Source: Chiloscyllium plagiosum (taxonomy: Eukaryota). Taken from it: a stretch of DNA of 64,000 nucleotides. Location: NCBI RefSeq assembly GCF_004010195.1, contig NC_057719.1, positions 14,072,364 through 14,136,363 on the forward strand. The letters are read 5' to 3'. Below the pieces are notes generated by a model. It did not search any database. It had not been told where the DNA came from and saw nothing but the letters and a program-made list of their open reading frames with translations. Below, piece after piece: positions 39,101 to 48,500 of the stretch; position 1 is the stretch's first letter; every line of letters starts with the position of its first letter. A program made the position numbers and the translations under genes.

Positions 39101-41534
39101 CTTTATCCTTCTTGTATTGGACACCATTCCCCTCTAATTTTGCATCTGTGCGAGCAGAAATAACTGCATGAAGGCTATATGCACTTGTATTTGTCAGAGA
39201 AATTTGCCCAATAGGTTAGAGATCACAAAAAACAGCTCGAAGTGAAATTGACAAATAGTTTATTGCAAGCTATATGGCTGGAAGAGAAATTGACCCAGGC
39301 TGACACAGAACTGACAGTCTGTACAGACTGATCAAAGTTAAAAAAAAAAATCACACAACACCAGGTTATAGCCCAACAGGTTTAATTGGAAGCACACTAG
39401 CTTTCAGAGTGACGCTCTGATGAGGGAGCGTCGCTCCGAAAGCTAGTGTGCTTCCAATTAAACCTGTTGGACTATAACCTGGTGTTGTGTGAGTTTTAAC
39501 TTTGTACACCCCAGTCCAACACTGGCATCTCCAAATCAAACAGATCAAATTTCTCTTCACAGAACGGAGGATGACACCAGTTTTATAGTAATGCTGCACA
39601 ATGACACTGATTAAGAAATGGGAAACTACAATGTTTCTGGAAATGGAGTAATTTAGTTGCAAGGATGCTAATTGGAAAATAATTTATCAGATGAATGTCC
39701 TGTTCCTTCACACAATGCAACATTCTGACAGTATCATGATTCCATTCATCTTCACAAGTAGGTGTTAAAGGTATTTTCTGAAGTGGTGAGGTGCTTCCAT
39801 TGTCCTGTGGTGCCTTTCTGTCTGACTTGCTCTTGGTGTGACTTTGGTATTGCTGGGTTATGAAACTGCCCTTAGGGCTTTGAGATCTCTGTCATGTCCA
39901 TGGGAGATTAAAATGTACTCCATTGTCTGCGTGCTGTCTGACCCAGCTTGTGAGTTGCTCATGAATTCTGCGGGTCCTAGTACAATTTGGCTAATTTGCT
40001 TTTGTGAGTGAGCAAATCTTTTTCCACAGTATTCGTAGCAATTAGTTTTGGATATGGTTTGCTCGCTGAGCTGGAAGGTTTGTTTTCAGATGTTTCGTCA
40101 CAATACTAGGTAACATCATCAGTGAGCCTCCGGATGAAGCACTGGTGGCTTGGCCTGCTTTCTATTTATGTATTTAGGTTTCCTTGGGTTGGTGATGTCA
40201 TTTCCTTTTTTTTCCTCAGAGGGGTGGTAAATGGGATCCAAGTCAACGGGTTCCAGGTGGAACTCTTGTGCGTGTCTCTATTTGGCTTGTTGTCCCAGTT
40301 GAAGTGGTGTCCTTCCTCATCTGTATGTAAGGATACTAGTGAGAGTGGGTCATGTCTTTTTGTGGCTAGTTGATGTTCATGTATCCTAGTGGCTAGTTTT
40401 CTGCCTGTTTGTCTAATGTAGTGTTTGTTACAGTTCTTGCAATATATTTTGTAAATGACATTAGTTTTGTCTGTTGCCTGTGTAGGGTCTTTCAAGTTCA
40501 TGAGCTGCTGTTTTAGCATACTAGTGGGTTTGTGGACTACCATGATGCCAAGAGGTCCTAATAATCTAGCAGTCATTTCTGAGATGTCTTTGATGTAGTG
40601 GAGTGTGGCTAGGATTTCTGGACATCACAGGAACCAGGATTCACCCAAGTGGGAGCCTCTGCCAGAGAATTTGTTTCTGAAGACACCGGGTGCAGGCAGA
40701 GACTCCCTGGTGAACATAATCTCCTGGAACAAGAGGCCCTTTGCTGACAGAGACAGCCCATTTGGTGGGCAGCAAAGGAAACCTAAATACATAACTCACC
40801 ACAATCGGCAAGTACGTCATATAAAAATAAACAGCTGCAGATACTGGAGACCTGTAACCGTGAAAAAGAACACACAGAAATTGCTGGAGAAACATGGTCG
40901 ATCTTAGCAGCATTAAGACCGTAAAACATAGGAGCAGAAATTAGGCCATTCAGCCCATCAAGTCTGCTCCACCATTCAATCATAGCTGATAAGTTTCTCA
41001 ACCCCATTCTCCCACTTTCTTTCCATAACCCCTGACATCGAAGAACCTATCTCCATCGATGACCTGGCCTCCACAGCCTTCTATTAGAGAAAAACAATAA
41101 CAACTGCAGAGACTGGTGCTTGTCCACAGCCTTTTGTGATAATGAATTCCAGAGATTGACCGCTCTCTGGCTGAAGAAGTTTCTCCTTATCTCCATTCAA
41201 ATAAAAAAAAAGTCTTCCCTTTACTCCACGGCTGTGCCCTCAGGTCTAGTCTCTCCTACCAATGGAAACATCTTCCCCTACACCTACTCCGTCCAGGTCA
41301 TTCAGTAAATTTCGATTAGATCTTCCCCCCCAACCCCAACCCCAACCCCAATCCTTCTAAACGCCATGGAGTACAGACCCAGAATCCTCAAATATTAGCA
41401 AAAATAAAGTAAACACCACGTGACCCATCTCCTGTGATGATGGACCAATAACTTGCTATTGTGGCTCACCTCCTCCGACAAAGCGAGACAGCAGCTGACA
41501 GTAGGGTTTTCCTCAGAGGCCCAGTCGCTATCAT
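20928..41534 (-). CDS. ISCA2: Iron-sulfur cluster assembly 2, mitochondrial; join(41534..41470,25682..25511,24907..24792,21102..20928), 175 aa
   Basis: Exons of 65+172+116+175=528 nt with consistent phases (2,0,2) and GT-AG introns. A-type carrier motifs [11 protein letters not shown] and GCSCGSSF are present, and the N-terminus is basic and targeting-peptide-like. Confidence 0.95.
21205..21540 (+). mobile_element. Second tRNA-derived SINE family (related pieces at about 1320-1590, 29020-29230, 34915-35220)
   Basis: tRNA-like head GTGTAGTGGTAAT..GGTTCAAATCCC; related copies occur on the - strand. Confidence 0.55.
22170..23420 (-). mobile_element. CR1 LINE RT fragment in ISCA2 intron 3
   Basis: [20 protein letters not shown] and DFSKAF motifs. 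Confidence 0.92.
23518..23758. repeat. 121-bp direct tandem duplication
   Basis: ATCATTATCCATTCCAGTATCAGG... at 23521 and 23642, with 3-4 differences. Confidence 0.95.
24792..24907 (-). CDS. ISCA2: ISCA2 coding exon 3 ([38 protein letters not shown])
   Basis: GGGCSG motif; acceptor TTACAG and donor AG|GTGTGT; 116 nt. Confidence 0.97.
25511..25682 (-). CDS. ISCA2: ISCA2 coding exon 2 (VPCLAISL...[11 protein letters not shown])
   Basis: Acceptor TTTTTAACAG and donor AAG|GTAAAG. Ends in LSDSCVK, like the vertebrate LTDSCVQ. Confidence 0.92.
25972..26740 (+). mobile_element. Penelope-like retroelement, 5'-truncated (RT C-term, gap, 3' end with hammerhead)
   Basis: [18 protein letters not shown]...[19 protein letters not shown]; 12-bp TSD ACTTTTATTAAC at 25960-25971 and 26741-26752. 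Confidence 0.92.
26664..26697 (+). ncRNA. Minimal hammerhead ribozyme core in Penelope 3' end
   Basis: CTGATGA-T-GTTGCCT-aggc-AGGGGAC-GAAA-CGTT. Confidence 0.65.
30660..32200 (-). mobile_element. Old CR1 LINE fragment with nested SINEs
   Basis: [28 protein letters not shown]. Confidence 0.7.
32740..33022 (-). mobile_element. HE1-like V-SINE (other - copies at about 6630-6900, 13745-14020, 15035-15317, 35225-35505, 47278-47525, 55715-56050)
   Basis: Reverse complement of the same SINE. Confidence 0.88.
34784..34811 (+). ncRNA. Minimal hammerhead ribozyme core (Penelope-type)
   Basis: CTGAAGA-A-GGGC-ttat-GCCC-GAAA-CGTC. Confidence 0.7.
35530..36830 (-). mobile_element. Old CR1 LINE fragment with nested MITE and Penelope tail
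   Basis: Decayed similarity to the other CR1 copies in the window. Confidence 0.6.
36074..36276. mobile_element. Tc1/mariner (pogo/Tigger-like) MITE
   Basis: TIRs CAGGTCATTCTGCTATAAC / GTTATAGCAGAACTGACTG, flanked by TA on both sides. Confidence 0.8.
36830..38200 (-). mobile_element. Highly decayed pogo/Tigger-like transposase remnant
   Basis: [21 protein letters not shown] and ILNVD fragments appear in the order expected for CENP-B/pogo transposases; many stops and frameshifts. Confidence 0.5.
39334..39538. mobile_element. Palindromic Penelope-tail-like insert, family D (others at about 1632-1765, 9095-9207, 58050-58210)
   Basis: ~80-bp inverted arms around an intact hammerhead core; shared CCAATTAAACCTGTTGGACTATAACCTGGTGTTGTG. 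Confidence 0.7.
39417..39445 (+). ncRNA. Minimal hammerhead ribozyme core (Penelope-type)
   Basis: CTGATGA-G-GGAGC-gtc-GCTCC-GAAA-GCTA. Confidence 0.7.
40045..40620 (-). mobile_element. Penelope-like retroelement fragment (GIY-YIG endonuclease + 3' end)
   Basis: [29 protein letters not shown]; hammerhead core at 40122-40089. Confidence 0.9.
40089..40122 (-). ncRNA. Minimal hammerhead ribozyme core in Penelope 3' end
   Basis: - strand: CTGATGA-T-GTTAC-ctagtatt-GTGAC-GAAA-CATC. Confidence 0.55.
40920..41390 (-). mobile_element. CR1 LINE 3' end
   Basis: AACATAGGAGCAGAAATTAGGCCATTCAGCCC tail and decayed ORF end. Confidence 0.7.
41470..41534 (-). CDS. ISCA2: ISCA2 coding exon 1 ([21 protein letters not shown])
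   Basis: ATG in context AGGATGA; Arg/Leu/Ser-rich with no acidic residues. Donor AG|GTGAGC is phase 2, matching exon 2. Lies at the edge of a CpG-rich region. Confidence 0.85.
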
Positions 41535-42120
41535 CCTCCCTCTCGGTTACCAGGACACCCCCCCCCTTCCCCCAACAATTTCACCACGTACCGCCCACCG
41601 CTCGCACCCACAGTGGTCCCACCAGCGGCACGCCCACCGCCGTCAGACCGTTTCTATTGGTCGACAGCCACGTCGGTCGGAAACACCCACCAGGGCGACG
41701 CCCCTTCACCCTGAACCCGTGGCGATTGGTGCAGCATGGAAATACGTTCCAAGCGAGAGGGGGGATTGGATAATCCAGCACCGTACGACGCCGTGATTGG
41801 CCCCTTCCGATGTCAATCATATCTAAGGGCGGCGGGTTCGGGGAGGACTTAAATGAAATGTCGAGACGAGTTTTGATTTTTCTTGGACCACACGATGCCA
41901 ACGCTGGGATATCGGAATTGAGTTTGGCTCACCGACGTGTTTTGTGACCGTTAACAGGCAGGCGGGCGCCAACAGCCAACCGACATAAAATGGCGGCTGG
42001 GCGGCAGCAAGGCGAAGGTTCCCGCCTCAGGGAGGTATTTATGCCCCTGCTTCCCCCAACCCCCTGGGGCGGGCAGAGTGGGCGTCAATAACAACAGCAG
42101 CTCCCCTCCCCGTCCACTCA
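41535..42120 (-). promoter_or_regulatory. CpG-rich ISCA2 promoter region
   Basis: High CpG density. Four ATTGG (CCAAT on -) boxes at about 41656, 41724, 41764 and 41796; GC boxes; YY1-type motif AAAATGGCGGC at about 41987-41997. Confidence 0.7.
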
Positions 42121-43681
42121 GACCATGCCCCCACACTCACCCATTTTAATTTGGGTGAGTGTAGGGGTCATTGATAACAACCCCCTCCCCTCACTGTCAC
42201 CAGGGTAGTGTCATTGATATCATCCCCTCGCCTCACTATCCCCAGGGTAGTGTCATTGATAACACCCCCCTCCCCTCACTGTCCCCAGGGTAGTGTCATT
42301 GATAACACCCCCCTCCCCTCACTGTCCCCAGGGTAGTGTCATTGATAACACCCCCCTCCCCTCACTGTCCCCAGGGTAGTGTCATTGATAACACCCCCCT
42401 CCCCTCACTGTCCCCAGGGTAGTGTCATTGATAACACCCCCCTCCCCTCACTGTCCCCAGGGTAGTGTCATTGATAACACCCCCCTCCCCTCACTGTCCC
42501 CAGGGTAGTGTCATTGATAACACCCCCCTCCCCTCACTGTCCCCAGGGTAGTGTCATTGATAACACCCCCCTCCCCTCACTGTCCCCAGGGTAGTGTCAT
42601 TGATAACACCCCCCTCCCCTCACTGTCCCCAGGGTAGTGTCATTGATAACACCCCCCTCCCCTCACTGTCCCCAGGGTAGTGTCATTGATAACACCCCCC
42701 TCCCCTCACTGTCCCCAGGGTAGTGTCATTGATAACACCCCCCTCCCCTCACTGTCCCCAGGGTAGTGTCATTGATAACACTCCCCTCCCCTCACTGTCC
42801 CCACAGTAGTGTCATTGATAACACTCTCCTCCCCTCACTGTCCCCAGGGTAGTGTCATTGATAACACCCCTCACCTCACTGTCCCCACAGTAGTGTCATT
42901 GATAACACTCCCCTCTCCTCACTGTCCCCAGGGTAGTGTCATTGATAATAATCTGCCCCCTCAACTGTGCCCAGGGTAGTGTCATTGATAACACTGCCTC
43001 CCCTCACTGTGCCCAGGGTTGTGTCATTGATAACACACCCCTCCCATCACTGTCCCCATCGTAGTGTCATTGATAACACCCCTCTCCTCACTGTCCCCAG
43101 GGTAGTGTCATTGATAACACTCCCCTCCCCTCACTGTCCCTAAGGTGGTGTCATTGATAACACTCCCCTCCCCTCACTGTCCCTAGGGTGGTGTCATTGA
43201 TAACACCCCCCTCCTGTCACTGTCCCCAGGGTAGTGTCATTGATAATATCCGCCCCTCCCGTCACTGTCCCCAGAGTAGTGTCGTTGATAACATCACCCT
43301 CCTGTCACTGTCTCTAGGGTAGTGTCATTGATAACATCCCCTCTCCTCAATGTCCCCAGGGTAGTGTCATTGATAACACCACCTCCCCTCAATGTCCGCA
43401 GGATATTGTCATTGATAACATCCCCTCCCTTCACTGTTCCCAGGGTATTGTCATTGATAACACACCTCTTTCCTCACTGTCGCCAGGGTAGTGTCATTGA
43501 TAACACACCTCTTTCCTCACTGTCCCCAGGGTAGTGTCATTGATTACATTCCCCTCCCCTCATTGTCCCCAGGGTAATGTCATTGACATCACCCCCCTCT
43601 TCTCACTGTCCCCCACGTAGTGTCATTGATAACACTCCCCTCCCCTAACTGTCGCCAGGCTAGTGTCATTGATAACAATTC

Positions 43682-43709
43682 CTGAAGAAGGGCTAATGCC
43701 CGAAACGTC
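43682..43709 (+). ncRNA. Minimal hammerhead ribozyme core inside the minisatellite
   Basis: CTGAAGA-A-GGGC-taat-GCCC-GAAA-CGTC. Confidence 0.7.
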
Positions 43710-44037
43710 GATTCTCCTGTTCCCTAGATGCTGCCTGACCTGCTGCGCTTCTCCAGCAACACATTTCCATCATTGATAACAACACCCTCCTGTCACTGAA
43801 TCTAGGGTAGTGTAATTGATAACACCCCCCTTTCCTCACTGTCCCCAGGGTAGTGTCATTGATAACACCCCCTCTCCTCACTGTCCCCTGGATAGTGTCA
43901 TTGATAACACCCCACACCCCTCATTGTCCCCAGGGTAGTGTCGTTGATAACATCCCCTCGCCTCACTGTCCCCATTGTAGTGTCATTGATAACACAGCCT
44001 CCCCTCACTGTCGCCAGGGTAGTGTCATTGATAATAC

Positions 44038-44658
44038 TGTTAGAAATGGGGAAAAGTGTTGTTTTTGCAGATATAGCAAAAATATACAGAAAAGGGGTAC
44101 AGCAAGAGAACTATTAACTCTGCAGGTATTTAGGGAAGAGTATCTCTACTTTTCAGTGTATAATTATGGTTAATTAAATACTAACTTTGGTGTGTAATTA
44201 TTAAAGCAAATAAGTTATTTCTAAAAATTATGTTTTCAGCAAAAAACTGAGATAACTGAAATGCTTGGGCTATACAAAATTATACAAGTTAATGAAATGT
44301 CCGAGGATGGAATGTACCAGCAGAATTGATACAAAATGTTAAACCAGATCTTGATGTACTGTCGACAAAATAATGTGTGTCAGCACTTGGAGAGGAAGGT
44401 TGCCAACCTGGGGAAGGGGGAAGTAATAAGGGTGGAGCGCAGTTGGACAGTGGTATGGCACCGTAAGAGAGATTGGGTAATTAGGAGTCTGGAGAGGTAA
44501 CCTCACGCAGCTCAAAAGTATAACTGTGTAGTAGTTTGAATAATCATCACTTCAATTGCTTTCTACAATTGGGGTCCTTTCTTGCAAGATCGTAAAATAA
44601 ATTGTCTTGTTTCCAGCTTTGGTGGTCTCGTATAATTTTATTGAGTTTGTTTCTTACA
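44038..44658 (+). mobile_element. Solo LTR (621 bp)
   Basis: Termini TGTTAGAAA...TTTCTTACA (TG..CA, imperfect inverted repeat). 4-bp TSD ATAC/ATAA; AATAAA at 44596-44601. Cleanly interrupts a minisatellite unit. Confidence 0.75.
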
Positions 44659-45259
44659 ATAACCCCCTCCCCTCACTGTCCCCAGGGTAGTGTCATTGAT
44701 AACACTCCCCTTTCCTCACTGTCCCCAGGATAGTGTCATTGATAACACCCCCTCCCCTCNNNNNNNNNNNNNNNNNNNNNNNNNNNNNNNNNNNNNNNNN
44801 NNNNNNNNNNNNNNNNNNNNNNNNNNNNNNNNNNNNNNNNNNNNNNNNNNNNNNNNNNNNNNNNNNNNNNNNNNNNNNNNNNNNNNNNNNNNNNNNNNNN
44901 NNNNNNNNNNNNNNNNNNNNNNNNNNNNNNNNNNNNNNNNNNNNNNNNNNNNNNNNNNNNNNNNNNNNNNNNNNNNNNNNNNNNNNNNNNNNNNNNNNNN
45001 NNNNNNNNNNNNNNNNNNNNNNNNNNNNNNNNNNNNNNNNNNNNNNNNNNNNNNNNNNNNNNNNNNNNNNNNNNNNNNNNNNNNNNNNNNNNNNNNNNNN
45101 NNNNNNNNNNNNNNNNNNNNNNNNNNNNNNNNNNNNNNNNNNNNNNNNNNNNNNNNNNNNNNNNNNNNNNNNNNNNNNNNNNNNNNNNNNNNNNNNNNNN
45201 NNNNNNNNNNNNNNNNNNNNNNNNNNNNNNNNNNNNNNNNNNNNNNNNNNNNNNNNNNN

Positions 45260-45470
45260 GCCGGCGGTGAACGCTGTGGGCGGGGTGAGTCACGCGCTGA
45301 TTACGCCGAGCGGGTGGGCGGGGTTTGTTGCCGTCGGTGAGCCAATCGTGTGGAGCCGCTGCGGTGGATCATGTGAGCTGGGGCCCGGAAGGTCTTTTCG
45401 GGCTGAGTTTATAAATCCGCTCCCTGACAGCGGGCTGCTCCCTGTTAGTGCTCCTGTCCCTCCGAGCGGG
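45260..45470 (+). promoter_or_regulatory. NPC2 proximal promoter/5'UTR
   Basis: GC boxes GGGCGGGG, CCAAT at 45342-45346, TCATGTGA at 45369-45376 and TATAAA at 45410-45415, all upstream of the ATG at 45471. Confidence 0.7.
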
Positions 45471-45555
45471 ATGGAGAGTCTGTGTCGCCTGTTGGTCCCT
45501 CTCCTGGCCCTGGGGGCCCTGTGTGCGGCTGTGCCTGTCAAATTCCTCCAGTGTG
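45471..45555 (+). CDS. NPC2: NPC2 exon 1 (signal peptide [28 protein letters not shown])
   Basis: GGGATGG Kozak context; hydrophobic signal peptide; donor G|GTGAGT. Confidence 0.93.
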
Positions 45556-48500
45556 GTGAGTGAGTGGGGGGGTTAGCTTCCTGTAATCCATGGATCCAAT
45601 TCCTTTATCTTCCCTGATTCTGTTGTTAAAACACCTCCCTGATTTATTTGTGCAATTCTCCCAGCACCGTTGAAATGTTGGGCCATGGGGCGGTGGGGTT
45701 GATTGGTGCGGGTGTCCCGGAGATGTTCCCTAAAGTGCATTAGGATAATAGAACAGAGCAAAAGATACAATGGCATAGCTGCAGAAGGTGCAGAGAGAGA
45801 TCAGCATTAAACTTAAATTTTGAGGGGTCCATTCAAAAGTGGAATTCAAAAATAAGGGAAGTCAGATAGATTGAAATTCTCCTTCACTGCAGTAAACTAC
45901 AGTAACTTTCATGCCCACCTCCCCCCCACCCCATGTTAAACAACTTTAAGCAAAATGTAAAGTTATGGTGATCTAACTGTCCCACATACTTCCTGTTCAA
46001 ACTTTATACAGTGTACTCAGTCTCTGCGAGGAGACGTCCAGTCTCCCCAATGTAGAGGAGACCGCATCGGGAGCACCGGATGCCATAAATGATATTGGTG
46101 GATGTGCAGGTAAAACTTTGAATGTGGAAGGCTCCTTTAGGGCTTTGGATGGAGGTGTGGGCGCAGGTTTAAAATTCCTGCAGTGGCAGGGGAAGGTTTA
46201 ATAACTAGTCCAGCTATAATATCATGGAGTTTAAGAAAACTATTTGCCTCCCTCCACTCTTTGTCAGGGTATTGTACTGAAAGCAGTCAATTGTGGTGTG
46301 ATGTGGTGTGACTCATGTTCATGTGGGCTTGTTGGTATGTAAAGGGCCAGTTCATTTTATTTTCTGAGAATTGAGTGTATTTAAAAGCATGTGATCCTTT
46401 GAAAGATGTTTCTGTGTGATGGTGCTAATAAGTGCTTTGTGTTGAGCAATTTGAGTTTTCTCTAGAGTTCAGCCGACTGAGTACACTGTATAAAGTTTGA
46501 ACAGGAAGTATGTGGGACAGTTAGATCACCATAACTTTACATTTTGCTTAAAGTTGTTTAACATGGGGTGGGGGGGAGGTGGGCATGAAAGTTACTGTAG
46601 TTTACTGCAGTGAAGGAGAATTTCAATCTATCTGACTTCCCTTATTTTTGAATTCCACTTTTGAATGGACCCCTCAAATTTTAAGTTTAATGCTGATCTC
46701 TCTCTGCACCTTCTGCAGCTATGCCATCGTATCTTTTGCTCTGTTCTATTATCCTAATGCACTTTAGTATGATTTTGCTGAACTGGATGCAAAACAAAAC
46801 TTTTCACTGACTAGGTACACATGACAACAACAAATCAAATCTTAGTTCCTGTTCTATTAAGGCTATTGATTAAGTTAGTCTTTATTGCTGTTGTGCTTGA
46901 ATAGTATCACTTTTTGGGGAGAATTTATTCCATTGCTTACCTTATGAGCAAAGAAGCCTTTGGCTGTAAGTCCACGATCAACCTGATTTGCAGTATTGTT
47001 GCTTTGGATCTATTCTAGACCTTTCTGCCTGTAGCTCCTCTGACCCTCTGGGTGAAGTACTTAAAAGGTGTTCAGTTCAGGCAGCAGCTTTTGGATGAAA
47101 TGTTAAGCAAAGATGGATGTCGAGGATTTTGTGACATAACTTAAAAGGGGTTGGGAGTTACATCGCATATTATGGAACCTGCCTCAGAAGTGTGGTTGAC
47201 TCTCGACTGCCCTCTGGGCAATTGGGGATGGGCAATAAATGCTGTCTTAGACATTGACACCCTCATCCTGTGAATGAATTAGATTAGATTCCCCACAATA
47301 TGGAAACAGGCCCTTCGACCCAACAAGTCCACACCGACCCTTCGAAAAGCAACCCACCCAGACCCATTCCCCTACCCTACATTTACTCCTGACTGATGCA
47401 CCTAACACTACGGGCAATTTAGCATGGCCAATTCACCTGACCACATCTTTGGACTGTGGGAGGAAACCGAAGCACCTAGAGGAAACCCCCGCAGACACAG
47501 GGAGAATGTGCAAATTCTACACAGATGATCACGCTAGTGTTTGTGCAGGCTTGTTCTGCTTATTGCAAAGTCATGATTGTTATATGCTTTGTTTACTTTG
47601 GGTTTGCTGCAATATGTATAAAGTTTCTAGCTACCAAAAGGTGAGGCAAAACAGACATTCAAGTAAAATCCAATTCTCTTTACCTTATTTTAGTTTCTCT
47701 TCCTTATTTTTCTCTCTCCCCATTTTCTATGCAGTTTTGTTTTCAGAACGTAACTGTGCAGAGAAGTGCACTGTACGGTTTGTATTTCAGCTATTATAAT
47801 CCAGACTACAGGAATAAATATCATCCACTGAGGTGCAAAGTACACATTTCTCACCTTTTTCCTGTGTCAATCTGCTGAGGGAAATGTAGGAAAATAGTGC
47901 TTTTGAGCTCATCAGACCAACTCCAAAGACAACTAAAGGTGTTAAATTGAAGGTTGTTTCCACCAGTGTTTTATCACCAAGATGTCCTTGATTCTAGAGA
48001 AGCCATCCAGTTCTCTTAAAAGTACAATTAATTTATACGTATGTATTTGGAAGGTTAGCGAATTTTGAGAAGTTTTGTAGCTCAGGTTGAGATTCTGGAT
48101 ATAGGTTTGCTTGCAGAACCTTCCAGCTCAGCGAGCAAACCTACCTCCAGTAGTTGGAAGGTGGTGTTCCCACTATTTGTGGGCAGCAAGATGGCTCATT
48201 GGTAGCACTGCTGCCTCACAGTGCCAGGGGACCCAAGTTCATTTCCAGCCTCTGATGACTCTGTGAAGTTTGCACGTTCTCCCCAGTCTGTGTAGGTTTC
48301 CTCCAAGGGCTGCAGTTCCCCCCACAGTTAATAGATGTGCAGGTTAGGTGGATTGGCCATGCATAATTACCCATGGTGTCCAGGGGTATGCAGGATAGTT
48401 GGATTAACCATGGGAAATGCAGGGTTATAAGGATAGGATGGGACTGGGTGGGGTGTTCTTCAGCAGTTTGGTGTGGACTTGATGGGCTGAAGGGTCTGCT

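Larger units (their letters stand above)
42165..44759. repeat. 43-bp minisatellite (GTGTCATTGATAACACCCCCCTCCCCTCACTGTCCCCAGGGTA)n, >40 copies, running into a gap
   Basis: Period of 43 seen directly (units start at 42250, 42293 and onward). Near-identical to about 42780, then degenerate. Interrupted at about 43679-43769 and at 44038-44658. Confidence 0.97.

Noticed and set aside
41990..42091. + strand ATG GCG GCT ORF (MAAGRQQGEG...) with possible donor GAG|GTATTT
   Set aside because: It stops after 33 codons and the phase-0 donor does not fit NPC2 exon 2 (phase 1). Better explained as a YY1 motif.
42165..44759. CRISPR-like look: palindromic 16-mer recurring at fixed spacing
   Set aside because: The intervening sequence is also repeated rather than unique spacers, there are no cas genes, and the context is vertebrate. 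It is a minisatellite.
44690..45563. Long ORFs in the ORF track spanning N runs (also 17730-18659, 26054-26458)
   Set aside because: Their lengths are artefacts of assembly gaps; only the flanking parts are meaningful.
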